The notes beneath the pieces are model-generated. The model did not search any database. It was not told the DNA's origin and saw only the letters and a program-made list of their open reading frames with translations. A stretch of 63,309 nt of DNA, filler included, from Sanchytrium tribonematis (taxonomy: Eukaryota), in the NCBI GenBank assembly GCA_018985235.1. It is 20 parts of 20 records of this genome, joined end to end, with 100 filler letters (N's around TTAATTAATTAA, not from the genome) between each part and the next. Parts side by side here need not be neighbours in the genome. Positions count along the whole stretch, not along the records: positions 9,475 to 11,729 come from JADGIG010001087.1; positions 11,830 to 30,733 come from JADGIG010000107.1; 18 more parts are not named here. The stretch is one strand, 5' to 3'. A program made the translations under genes and the position numbers. Shown piece by piece: positions 11,311 to 22,391 of the stretch (position 1 is the first letter of the stretch; every line of letters starts with the position of its first letter).

Positions 11311-11729
11311 ATGGCTAGCTTAAAAGCATTTACCGCAATATTTCAAGTAATGGATGAACTAATTCAATCCGTCGACAGAGTCAAAGATAATACGGTACAG
11401 ATAGACCGAACAATTGAATATGGTTATCAAATACTTGATTTGATCTGTAATGAATTGGAAAAGACTCGAGTGACCCAGAACGAAGAGTTAGCTCTTCAAG
11501 ACAGTAGAGAATATCCATTTCAAAAATTACCGTCACCAATAGGGGAATATGCAAAAGAATTACACGCGACTTTATTAAATATTCAAAATTATAAAGACAT
11601 TTATGAGACAAAAAACATTCATCATAAGTTGGTTAAATCTCTAAAGCATACGCGGAAGCTGGAGGACTACGAGAATAAATTGAAGCACCTGATTCAATTA
11701 ATTAAAGGATATTATCAAATGAAACATCA
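11311..11729 (+). CDS. Protein with an N-terminal MLKL-like/HeLo-like four-helix bundle, truncated by gap
   Basis: Pattern I..V.RVKDN..QI ... L..TL..I..Y ... KL..Y...L..LI resembles the MLKL N-terminal domain (recognised by eye). Confidence 0.55.
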
Positions 11730-12506
11730 NNNNNNNNNNNNNNNNNNNNNNNNNNNNNNNNNNNNNNNNNNNNTTAATTAATTAANNNNNNNNNNNNNNN
11801 NNNNNNNNNNNNNNNNNNNNNNNNNNNNNTCCGATGAAAAGGTCCTTGGATGATTCATTGCATCTGGTAAATCCTTTACCATTGACACTTCCAATATCAC
11901 AGTCACCTAAGAAGAAAGGCGTTTAAATAAAAGCAATAAAAGTATTTACTATGATTTCTTAGAATGCATTGGCCTTGAGGATATAATTGTAATGTTCCTG
12001 ACGTGCTCATCACTGTGATTCAGTCTCTTTTTAAAGAAAAAAACATTCTTTAAGCGTGTCAAACTGCTCTCTGAAGAGTTTCTCTCAATTTGCAAAAATC
12101 TAGGCTTGAATTGGGCAATTTTTTCTTTTAGTGATTTTGCATTAACTTCTGCTGCACTCACATCGGGCAAAGATTTTAGAATAGGCTCATTTGGCAATGC
12201 TATGCTCTCAAAATTGTTCTTGGAGTCTACATTTATTTCCTTTCAAAAAGGTGTATAAGTTTTGCCAAATCTTCTTATCTTTCTTGAAAGTGGTCCATTA
12301 TAGTCATCCTCCTTAATTCTTTCCTCCCAAATAGCTATCAATATCTTCACTTTATGAGGTACTGTCATTTGCATGATTTCATTAAATTTCTCAACTGAGT
12401 AAATTTCGGCCATGTTGACCTACTTGACCTACTGGTTCCACAAATAACAACAAAGATTCTAACTTGCTAATTAATACCAAAATAAAATTAAAGAAGAAAA
12501 AATATA

Positions 12507-12577
12507 TGCGCCGACGGGGAATCGAACCCCGCTCGCCACCTTGGAAGGGTAGAATCATACCACTAGAACATCGGCGC
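12507..12577 (-). tRNA. tRNA-Gly (anticodon UCC), intronless
   Basis: GCGCCGA/TCGGCGC acceptor stem, CTACC-CTTCCAA-GGTGG anticodon arm, GGTTCGATTCC T-loop, downstream T-run (Pol III terminator). Confidence 0.96.
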
Positions 12578-12750
12578 TTGTGAGAATCGCTATATCGAGA
12601 TATATATAATGTCTTTAAATTCATTTATTATGATAATTCCTTGAATTTTATAATTGGTTCTTCAGATTTATCATCAGGGATTGATGAAGTTTTCGATTCT
12701 AAATTGATTGCTTTTTTATGGCAAAAGCAGTATTTTTTTGAAACATCTTT

Positions 12751-15307
12751 ATGCTTTTATTGAACTTGGCAATGTGTGTAAAGCATTCTGATTTTAGAAC
12801 ATTTGATAACCAATTCTCACATCTTCGAGATTACAAGGCTACTATTACGAAAGTGACTTGCAATAATCCTGTTCAAGTTCATTACACGAGATATAATCCT
12901 ACAGCGCCTGATACTCCAATTTCGCAAATACTTAATATTCATATTCTTGGAAACGACAAGTACATCCACTTCAAGACCACCAGTCTTACCGATAATTACA
13001 GATATGTTCATCCACTTTTGCAAGAGCCTGAAAAAAATCTTAAACAAGAAGGGTGCCAATATTCCAATGGCAAATTCAATGTCAAGATACAAGACAACAT
13101 ACTTCATGTACAACATATTTCTATTCCTTTAGATAGAATCATTTATCAAGATAATATTGTCAAATATGAGTATGAAAATTCCTTTGGCAATTATGCAGAA
13201 ACATTGCAGGATGAGGCACTTGGCCTTCAAATCAATTACAACTATGAACAAATTTATGGATTTCCAGAACATGCAGCCCATCTAGATCACAAAAAGTATT
13301 TTGAGACTAATCCACAAGGACATGACGAGTTTATCAGATTGTATAATTTAGATGTCTTCGAATTTGAATTAAACACTAATATGGCACTGTATGGTAGCAT
13401 ACCTTTCTTTTTGGGTACTCAAAATGGGGAATGGAGTGGTGGGTTTTGGAATAATCCAAGTGATACCTTTGTTAAATTGAATACAGCAGAACAATCAATG
13501 AATATTGTGAGTGAGTCAAGTGCTTTCGAATTCTATTATTTCCAAGGAACTCCATATGAAATTTTAAAAGCATACCATGATTTGACTGGAATCCCGCAAT
13601 TACCACAATTGTTCTCAGTTGCATTTCATCAATGTAGATGGAATTATAATAATGTCGATGATGTTTTACGTGTCAATAGTAAATTTACAGAACACTCCAT
13701 GCCTGTGGATGTCATTTGGCTAGATATTGAACATACAAATGGTAAAAGATACTTCACTTGGGATGAGCACCAATTTGCTGACCCAGTTCATATGCTGGAT
13801 ACTCTGAAATCTGTTGGAAGAAATATGGTCACAATTGTAGATCCGCACATTAAGATTGATGATGAATTCTCAGTTTATCAAATGGGAAAAGAAAATGACT
13901 ATTTCGTTTGGAACAAAGATAAAGAAACTTTTACTGGAGACTGCTGGCCTGGTAGATCTGCGTGGTTTGATTTTTTGAATACCAAAATACAAGATGTTTG
14001 GGCATCTTTATTTGAATATTCGCACTATCTAAAAAGCACTCCAAGTTTATTTACTTGGAACGATATGAATGAACCAAGTGTTTTTAACAATCCAGAAATT
14101 ACAATGAATAAGGATAACATACATCGTATTTACGAAGGGAATGATGTCAAAGAAGTGCAGCATCGTCAAGTTCATAATATTTATGGCCAGATGATGCAAA
14201 AAGCTACCGCCATGGGTCAGATTAAAAGAGATGAAATCAGCAAAAGACCATTTGTATTGAGTAGAGCTTTTTATGCTGGTACCCAGCAATTTGGACCAAT
14301 TTGGACTGGAGACAACATGGCTAACTGGGAACATTTGGCCAGTACAATACCGATGCTTTTAGGATTGCAGACAAGTGGTTTGCCTTTTGTTGGTGCTGAC
14401 ATTGGTGGATTCTTTGGAAATCCAGATGGTGAGTTGATGAGCAGATGGATGCAATTAGGTGCTTTTCAGCCGTTTATGAGAGCACATGCTCATATTGAGA
14501 CTAAAAGAAGAGAGCCTTGGCTATTTGAAGAGGAATATTTCCAAAGTATGAAAAAGAGTATTCGAACAAGATACACTTTATTACCCTATATTTACACTTT
14601 GTTTTTTGAAAATATGATTGAGAGTATACCGATCATGATTCCATTATTTTTCGAGTACCCAGGATTACAAAGCGAAGATAGGTACTTGTTCGGAAAACAC
14701 ATTTGGGTACAGGGTATCCACGAGCCTAATAAGAGAGAAATTGAGGTTGATTTTCCTGAGAGATATTATTCTTTCGAAACTTCTCAGATATATGGTAAAA
14801 CAAACTGATTTAGAAGCAGGCAAGCATAACATTCCATGTGATTTGATGACATTGCCGGTTTTTGTGAGACAAGGCAGCATCATACCATTTTGGCTCAGAA
14901 ATAGAAGAAGCTCTGAATTACAAAGGAGAGATCCTATTACTCTAAAAATATATTTGAAAAATGATTATGCGAAGGGAACACTTTATATGGATGACTACGA
15001 ATCTTTCGGATACATCAATGGAGAATATATTTATAGAGAATTCGAATTTAACAAAAATATTTTATCGAACAAAAAGAAGCCCGCAATTATTAGAAAACAA
15101 GCATTACATGAGCATGCAAAAGGAAAAAATATCAAAGTTGAAAGAGTGAATAGAGTAGAAAGATTAATTATTTATGGCAAGCAATCAGCTACTACTAAAG
15201 TTAAAGTCAATGGAAATAATCTACATTTTGACATTTTAGATGGCGTTTTGACTGTAAAAGACCCTAAAATGTTAGTTAAAGATGACTGGGAAATTCATTT
15301 TGAATAA
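12751..15307 (+). CDS. ROT2: Glucosidase II alpha subunit (GH31); exons 12751-14794 and 14814-15307
   Basis: RLYNLDVFE, WLDIEH, WNDMNEPSVF (nucleophile), WTGDN, FMRAHAHIETKRREPW. The two ORFs are joined by a 19-nt intron. Confidence 0.95.
14795..14813 (+). other. 19-nt spliceosomal intron GTAAAACAAACTGATTTAG (phase 1)
   Basis: Removal joins TAT G|AA GCA and fuses the 685-aa and 188-aa ORFs in frame. Confidence 0.88.
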
Positions 15308-15323
15308 ATTGAATAAATTTAAG

Positions 15324-15941
15324 TTAGTCTTTTGTATTTTTATTGCTCCAATACGTCCACGGTGCGATCCATGAAGTCTTTTTAACAAAAAAGTCCATCA
15401 TAGAATTGAATAAGCATCCAAATCTTTCAAAAAATTCTTTGGAAACTATAAAGCGACTCTCTATAATGGCCGAGGCAAAAAATGCAAACGCGGCGTAGAC
15501 CAAGCCTAATGTGATGTACACAAGCCAATGAATGAATTGTAGCGAATAGTATAACAGCATTGATATGTTTCTCCATGCAACTTTGATTCCATTCATAAAT
15601 CCTCTTTTATTCAAAGTACACCTGTCGCGATTAAATTCTCCAACTTTTTGATCAATTTCTGCTGGGGTCAGGACTGGTTCACTTTTAAGAAAAAACGAAT
15701 CATTGTCAACTGGAATTTTCTCGGATACGAACTTTTCAGTCGAGTTTGCTACTTGATTTAGATACTTTTGATAATCGTCATAACACTCTCTGGTGGTAGA
15801 ATTTGTCAGACCAGTCGACATGCAAATTGCGAGTTGTTGTGTGCTATTCTGCCCTAAACATTTCTCATTGTGTTTTGTAACAAGGAAACTACAACTTGAT
15901 GGAAACAACTTATCTGCGAAGAGAAGAACAAAGAGAATCAT
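15324..15941 (-). CDS. Secreted or membrane protein with Cys-containing N-domain, LNKR site and hydrophobic segment
   Basis: MILFVLLFA; TLNKRGF; long hydrophobic stretch. Confidence 0.7.
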   Translation of the reverse strand: MILFVLLFADKLFPSSCSFLVTKHNEKCLGQNSTQQLAICMSTGLTNSTTRECYDDYQKYLNQVANSTEKFVSEKIPVDNDSFFLKSEPVLTPAEIDQKVGEFNRDRCTLNKRGFMNGIKVAWRNISMLLYYSLQFIHWLVYITLGLVYAAFAFFASAIIESRFIVSKEFFERFGCLFNSMMDFFVKKTSWIAPWTYWSNKNTKD

Positions 15942-16159
15942 AATTATTTCAAGGATCGCAGATGTATGGTATTAATTATGCCATATGACACCATTTTAAA
16001 CAAACTTTATTTTTTCTTTGTGTAACAGAGGTTTTATACTGGATTTTGATCGTGTTTGTAATCAAGTACATCAACCTTTATTTAGTTGTCGCTAAAATAA
16101 TGGCGCTATTTAATATTCTCACGATTTTATTAGTGGAAGGGATAGTTCGATTTCTCATT

Positions 16160-16561
16160 TTATGACACCCAATATTTGGGACATAAGTCCATTGCGCAAT
16201 TATTGCATTCTTGGTCCGTATGACCGCAACCACAGCCACATCTTCCGACGCAATTTTTGCACTGAACGCCTTCAGCATCTGAACAACATTTTTTGCCACA
16301 ACAACTTTCACATTTCGTACATTGTGATGGTTTCTCTAGTGCTTCAACCGCAAAATTGCAGCATTCCTTCGGGGTGGTATAAGAGTGTATTAGTTTGCCG
16401 TGTATTTTATACTCATTTATAATAAATTGTTGACCTCTTTTTGGTCGACCTTTTGGCTTTAATTCATACAATTCGTACTCATCAATATGATCGCAATATG
16501 AAGTTCTATGACCACTAATGCATTTGTGACAGCTCAGTTTTATGTTCCCTAAGGTAATCAT
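16160..16561 (-). CDS. Copper-fist (Ace1/Mac1-type) transcription factor with a Cys-rich C-terminus
   Basis: IKLSCHKCISGHRTSYCDH...LKPKGRP copper-fist motif; C-terminal CC/CxC clusters. Confidence 0.88.
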   Translation of the reverse strand: MITLGNIKLSCHKCISGHRTSYCDHIDEYELYELKPKGRPKRGQQFIINEYKIHGKLIHSYTTPKECCNFAVEALEKPSQCTKCESCCGKKCCSDAEGVQCKNCVGRCGCGCGHTDQECNNCAMDLCPKYWVS

Positions 16562-16686
16562 GTTAAGTTAAAAAACAATGTTTGAGGAGAATTCTTAAAT
16601 TAATTGGAACATGAGCCAATCAACTTTTGAAAATAAATTAGCCAAGAAAAATCTTTTTCAATATAAATTTTACTAAAAGACCACAC

Positions 16687-17727
16687 TTATTCTTCTTCTA
16701 CAGATGAAGTATCATCAGAATCTTCATCGTCTACAAACGATTTCTTACCAGGTGCATTTCCAAGTCCCAAGGCATCAGAACTGTCGATGTGCTTTTCCAA
16801 TGTCTTATCACGTCCAAGTTTTTTAAAGAAATTTTTCGTGTATCCCCATAAAGATTGTTTTGTGCCAAATAACTCATCAGAAAAGTCCTTCAATGAATTA
16901 TCATGAAAGTGGCTGATCAAAAAGTTGGAAATGTGTTGAACATTAATAATAATCCTTCTTCGGGATGACGCAAATGCTACTCGAGCTAATCTTGCAGTAA
17001 TATAAGATTTGAACTGAGTTAATCTGCCTTTGTACTGCTCTAAAAGGTGCTTTTCGTATTCTTCCATTTTCAGATACAATTTCTCAAAAGTCAATTTAGG
17101 AATCTCTACAGTGAATGGAGCCACATAAAATGAAAAGCTTTTGGATTCGTGAACTTCTATTCCAGTTTGAAGAAGATGTGTTTTGGCGTTGAAATATTTG
17201 TACATTTCAATGGACTTTGCTACATTTTTCATGTAAAACGAAATAGATGGATCAGCTTTAAAAAAGTTGGTTACATTTTCCATAAATTGTTCTGAATGCT
17301 CGTTTGTAAATCTTTTGTACCAATCTCTAAGACTGTCCAAATATTGTTCAAATTTCACTACACTGCCACTCTCGTAGGCTTTTTCTCCAGCGCCGATAAC
17401 AACAGGAAACAAACTATGAATGTTATCTACTTCCTCTTCCAAGTTTAATCTTAAATCATCATCGAGCTTTTTTGCCAAATCTTTAAATGATTGAGTAAAT
17501 TCGGCATCAAAATGTTCCTCTTTCGTTTCGTCTGGGTAGGCCGGGACTGGAGTCCAATGGATATCGGTGTCAATATCCGTATTTAATATAACCGCAAGCA
17601 GAGGCGAAAATGTTTGATTTCCAGGAGGAATTTCCATTTTGATTTCATTGTTGACTTGACTCTTATCTAACTCTACTTCTGGTGCTTGACGGGTTGACCT
17701 AGCAGTAATCAAATTAATCCAAAGCAT
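16687..17727 (-). CDS. Hypothetical secreted helical protein
   Basis: 346-aa ORF; short hydrophobic N-terminus; AATAAAAGGG 29 nt upstream. Confidence 0.7.
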   Translation of the reverse strand: MLWINLITARSTRQAPEVELDKSQVNNEIKMEIPPGNQTFSPLLAVILNTDIDTDIHWTPVPAYPDETKEEHFDAEFTQSFKDLAKKLDDDLRLNLEEEVDNIHSLFPVVIGAGEKAYESGSVVKFEQYLDSLRDWYKRFTNEHSEQFMENVTNFFKADPSISFYMKNVAKSIEMYKYFNAKTHLLQTGIEVHESKSFSFYVAPFTVEIPKLTFEKLYLKMEEYEKHLLEQYKGRLTQFKSYITARLARVAFASSRRRIIINVQHISNFLISHFHDNSLKDFSDELFGTKQSLWGYTKNFFKKLGRDKTLEKHIDSSDALGLGNAPGKKSFVDDEDSDDTSSVEEE

Positions 17728-18142
17728 GATCAGAATAGTCGTTTTACCCTTTTATTCAAAATTATGTTACACCAAACAAATGGGCAAATGAAATTCAGTC
17801 CCTGATTGTACAATATGTTTCAAAAAAATTGTTGTTCAGTGCAGAAAATTCGAATGATCCTCGAGTCTTATTTGTTTAAGATTTCGAGGCTGAAATCAGT
17901 AGACTATTGACTCTACATAGCGGTGAAGTCAACGCCCATTTATTAGCCCTGATAATTAGAAGTCATCTGTTACAGTATGATTACGGTATTCAAGATAGAG
18001 CATATATCCCTTTGTTTGATTTTTGTAGAACTTTTTGCTTCAAAGGTGAACATAAAGGAATGGGTGGTTATAAGCAGCTGGGAGAATTTGTTCCAGATTT
18101 CGAGCAGAAAGACCTAGTAGAAATTAAACAATATTCAACATT

Positions 18143-19045
18143 TTATTTATTATATAACTTGTGATACTTTGCTATGGTCCACAGCTCATTCAACGTATCC
18201 ATTTTGTCTTGATCTTCTTCAATTATCTTTGCAATGTTTCTGAGTATACTATTTTCCAGTTTATTGAAAATATCAAGAGCATCTTTAATGCTGTCATCCA
18301 GCTTTAAATGCAAATCTAAGTTTCTTTCTTTTTTCAATACTAAACCATCGATTAAAACTTTTCTAAATGGAATATCTTCTTGCTCACTATGCTTCTTAAT
18401 TATGTCAAGAAGTAGAATCTGATATGATCCAATTGAATCCATATTATCTTTGGAATAGTTACTGAAATCTACCTGTGCCTTTTTCAAACAATCGTAACCG
18501 TAAAGAATACTCCATTGAACATCTATCTCTTTTGATTTAAGTGTCTTTGGTATATTAAACTTCGAATTGTTATTTTTGTAAAACTCGGCTAATTTATCTG
18601 GTAAATGCTTTATGATATCACTTATACAAACCACATATATCAGATCTGATATAGCGAGCTTCAGCTTGGCCGCCTCTGATTGCCATTCCTTGACTTCTTC
18701 TTGAGATTTCTTCGCTTCCTGTTCTAATTTGATTCTTTCTAATTTGTCCTCTTCTAGCATTGCTTTGATACCTCTAATTTCTTTCCTTAAGGCTCGCGTA
18801 CTGGATAAGTTTGTGCTTTGTAAGCTAATTAGGACTTGCATTGAAGGATCTCTCTTTAGTGTTATATCATAAATATCCGCTAATCTTTTCTCTGAGATGC
18901 CTTCAAATTCCATCTTAATGATACTTAACAAATGTTCTTTTAACTCATCTTTAGATATTACCTCTTTAATATTGGATATCTCCTCTACAAACTTTGATGA
19001 AGCCTTTTCAATTTTTTCCATTTCTTGAATTGACAAAGTTGACAT
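18143..19045 (-). CDS. Hypothetical coiled-coil protein
   Basis: 300-aa ORF, K/E-rich helical; no family recognised. Confidence 0.7.
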   Translation of the reverse strand: MSTLSIQEMEKIEKASSKFVEEISNIKEVISKDELKEHLLSIIKMEFEGISEKRLADIYDITLKRDPSMQVLISLQSTNLSSTRALRKEIRGIKAMLEEDKLERIKLEQEAKKSQEEVKEWQSEAAKLKLAISDLIYVVCISDIIKHLPDKLAEFYKNNNSKFNIPKTLKSKEIDVQWSILYGYDCLKKAQVDFSNYSKDNMDSIGSYQILLLDIIKKHSEQEDIPFRKVLIDGLVLKKERNLDLHLKLDDSIKDALDIFNKLENSILRNIAKIIEEDQDKMDTLNELWTIAKYHKLYNK

Positions 19046-19139
19046 GTATCAAATTCAAGGTTTTATTTTCAGGTGACCAATCAACAATTACCAAATTAGA
19101 AAAGTTATTCTATAAGTAGACGTAGAAAATAAATTCAAA

Positions 19140-21058
19140 ATGTTTTGGTAAAACTGATTAGTCATGGTTATGTACCTGTTGCAGGCCATTTGCAACACAT
19201 TTTGAGCCATATGATACAATTTCATGATCCTTTGAATACTTACCAAGCAGTTGACTCTCCTAAATTAGATGAAAAAACCGGGGAATTGAAATTAGCATGT
19301 CAAGTTCGTGGAAAGTCAACTTATTTGCCAGCTTTAAAAACGCCGATTAGCTTGTTTAACAAATACATCATATATTCAATCTTAGAGTACGATCCACTTT
19401 TAGATTCTAGTAATTTGAGCATGCAAAATTGGTGTGAGATAGCCGAAGATTTGGCTGCAAATTACCACTTATTTGACGCATTTATTATTCTGCACGGTAC
19501 GGACACTATGGCATATACAGCCTCTGCATTGTCTTTCATGTTTGAAAATCTTGGCAAGACTGTTATTCTAACCGGATCACAAATTCCACTCTCAGAAGTA
19601 AGAAACGACGCCGTAGATAATTTGCTAGGCGCACTTACTATTGCTGGTCATTACGTGATACCTGAGGTCTGCCTGTATTTTGATAACAAACTCTTTCGTG
19701 GCAATAGAAGCTCCAAAATCGATACCATGGATTTTGATGCTTTTGACTCTCCCAATTGTGCTCCGCTTTTAACAGTAGGAATGAAAATTAATGTTAATTG
19801 GTCCCTTGTATGGAAGCCATTACAATTGCAACCCTTCAAAGTTCACACTCAAATGTCTCGTGACGTAGCTTGTCTTCGTATTTTTCCTGGGATTGCTGGT
19901 AAAACAATTGAAGCATTTATTAAGTCTGGAATCAAGGGAATTGTTTTAGAATCATTTGGCAGTGGGAATATACCAAGCAACAGACCTGACATCCTCAAGG
20001 CTCTGATGGATGCTTCCCATGAAAATGTCATTATTATAAATTGTACTCAATGCCAAAAAGGATCCGTCTTGGATATATATGAAACTGGTAAGCAATTAAA
20101 TAGGATTAATGTGATAGCAGGACATGATATGACACCTGAATGTGCATTAACAAAATTGAGCTATTTGTTGGGTAAAAATTTACCACTAGACACCATTCGA
20201 CATTTGCTAAAAACAAGCATGCGTGGAGAACTCAGTTTGCCTCCCGTTGATAAATTCAGCCAAAAATCTATAGCAGTAACTGATGTCATAGATTCTCTGA
20301 TGAATATTAACAAGAGAAATTCAAATCAGGACACCATTAAAAAAGCGCTATATCCGACTTTGTTTATGTCGGCCTGTAGTCTGAACAATACATCAGCTAT
20401 TCATGAAATCCTAGATGAAATACAACCTGATACGAATTGGCTCATTAATTCTAGTGATTATGATGGGAGAACACCTTTACACGTGACTTGTACCAAAGGA
20501 AATTTGGAAGTCGTCAAAATTCTTTTAGAAAATGGTGCATTAGTTCATTTAAAAGACATATTTGGACACACTCCATTATTTTATGCCATTAGATACCAGC
20601 ATTACAAAATTGTGGAAGCACTGGCCTTGACTGGTGCAAAATTGGCACTCCCTGCTGTTGTAGATGTGAAAACATTAAATAAGAAGATTATAAAGCAGCA
20701 AACTGAAATGGATATTGTAGATTATAAAGTGATTCAAATGGTACACGAATCCGTCATTAAGAATGATTTGAAGTTTTTAAAATTAATCATGGAGAATGGA
20801 GCACAAATCAATCAAGGTAATGTTGAAGGAAAAACTGCCTTGCACATTGCTGCAGCATTGGGAAAATTAGAGATTGTTAAATATTTACTTGATGAAAATG
20901 CAGATCATACGCTCGTGGATATATATGGAGAAACTGCATTGCAATTAGCAGAAAAGCACCACAAATTACTTGCAAAAGTACAATCTCACGGAGATTTGCA
21001 TTTACTTCACAATTTAGGGGAGGTTGTTGAACTGTTGAAATCTTGTAAACACAATTAA
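19140..21058 (+). CDS. Type I asparaginase / 60-kDa lysophospholipase (ASPG-like) with ankyrin repeats; 5' end uncertain
   Basis: LDSSN, HGTDTMAY, TGSQIP, FRGNR, DMTPECALTKL; C-terminal ankyrin repeats (DYDGRTPLH, GKTALH). The N-terminal TGGTI motif was not found. Confidence 0.9.
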
Positions 21059-21138
21059 TTGTATATCTCTCTTTTGATAACTCAAGTTCAAATGACAGAT
21101 GACAAATCAGTAAATTATCTTTGGCTGGTAAATTCATT

Positions 21139-22116
21139 CTATTTTTTCAAATGATCCAAATGTTTAACAACTTCGTTCAGCGTGTAAGTTAATTGCATTA
21201 GTTTCTTATTAATTTGTTCAACATCATACTCGCATTGACTGAGCAATGAAATTGACAATGAATGCTCATCCATATTGACAACATGATGATTATTCACTTT
21301 CTTTAATTTTTTATGCTTCTTGGCAGTCATATACACCTCTGTTAAATGAGAACTGATAATAGTAATTGGAAAAGTAAACATAATCACAGCTAACAACATG
21401 ACCATGGCAGCAATAGTTCTACCTTGAGGTGTTTGTGGAATCGTATCTCCGTATCCAACAGTGGTGATTGTACAAATTGCCCACCAAAACGCATCAAATA
21501 ATGTTTGAAAAGAGCATAATTCACCTTGTTTATGTCCTGAAGTGTAATAACGAGTTCCGTCTTTTAATTCACAACTTAATGTTTCTGTATAAAACATGAC
21601 ATTTGATAAAAATACAATGGAAATAAGACATAATAAAACCATCATGAGCAATCCATCCATGGATTTTTTAACGGCTTTGAAAGCCAACTGTAGTTGAAAT
21701 GAATGCCAATATAATCTACAAAGTCGTAAACAGCGCACAGTACATAAAAGTGGGATGTAACCAACAATCCAGATTTGATTTGAGGATAATAAATAACCGA
21801 TATCGCAAATTATAACTAAATTGGCCAATAACTCCAAAATTACAATACTTGAAGATAAAAAGTCAAATTTCGAGGGCGCGGCTAAAAACCTTATCGCCCA
21901 TTCTATTGAAAAATATATATTAGTCATTAAATCTATAGAAACTAGAGTTCTTCTATCTATTTGATCATCGACAATATCGGCTACCGTGGATATGGTGGTG
22001 TTTACCATTGATATGAGAAGCACAAAAGCGCTGATGGAAAACATAAATATACCATGACGAGATTGGAACGGTTCATTAAATAAATCATGAAGAGACATGG
22101 TCGAAATGTGTTTCAT
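21139..22116 (-). CDS. Voltage-gated potassium channel (6TM Kv-like, no T1 domain)
   Basis: FWWAICTITTVGYGD pore; S4-like VRCLRLCRL; FPITII in S6. Confidence 0.93.
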   Translation of the reverse strand: MKHISTMSLHDLFNEPFQSRHGIFMFSISAFVLLISMVNTTISTVADIVDDQIDRRTLVSIDLMTNIYFSIEWAIRFLAAPSKFDFLSSSIVILELLANLVIICDIGYLLSSNQIWIVGYIPLLCTVRCLRLCRLYWHSFQLQLAFKAVKKSMDGLLMMVLLCLISIVFLSNVMFYTETLSCELKDGTRYYTSGHKQGELCSFQTLFDAFWWAICTITTVGYGDTIPQTPQGRTIAAMVMLLAVIMFTFPITIISSHLTEVYMTAKKHKKLKKVNNHHVVNMDEHSLSISLLSQCEYDVEQINKKLMQLTYTLNEVVKHLDHLKK

Positions 22117-22391
22117 TTTAAACTTGCAAATTTGTGCGCTTTTGCATGCGAATTTTTAGGGTTGATTGGATTAAAAAATGTCACATGAATCCCTTTGATC
22201 GCCATTTATTTTCAGATGATTTTAGCTGGTCCAGGAATGGCAAATAGAAATAATGCAAGAAAATGTATTATTATTTATATTAAGAAAATTTACTAGAAAC
22301 GACAAGGCTAAAATGCAAATTTAAAATATGGGACTCATTCGCGTATGCCTCTGTTGAGTAAATAATGAGAATAAAATTTATATGGAATGAT

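Noticed and set aside
11949..12375. Minus-strand frame MQMTVPHKVK...TYTPF-TGA-KEINVDS with a single in-frame TGA (possible readthrough or alternative genetic code)
   Set aside because: No recognisable homology to anchor it. Conserved genes here contain no internal stops and TGA terminates COQ10 and UCH, so the standard code fits. A pseudogene or chance is more likely.
14741..14808. Overlapping ORFs in GH31, GGT and FUM1 read as programmed frameshifts or pseudogenes
   Set aside because: Each is explained more simply by a GT-AG 19-nt intron with a shared consensus.
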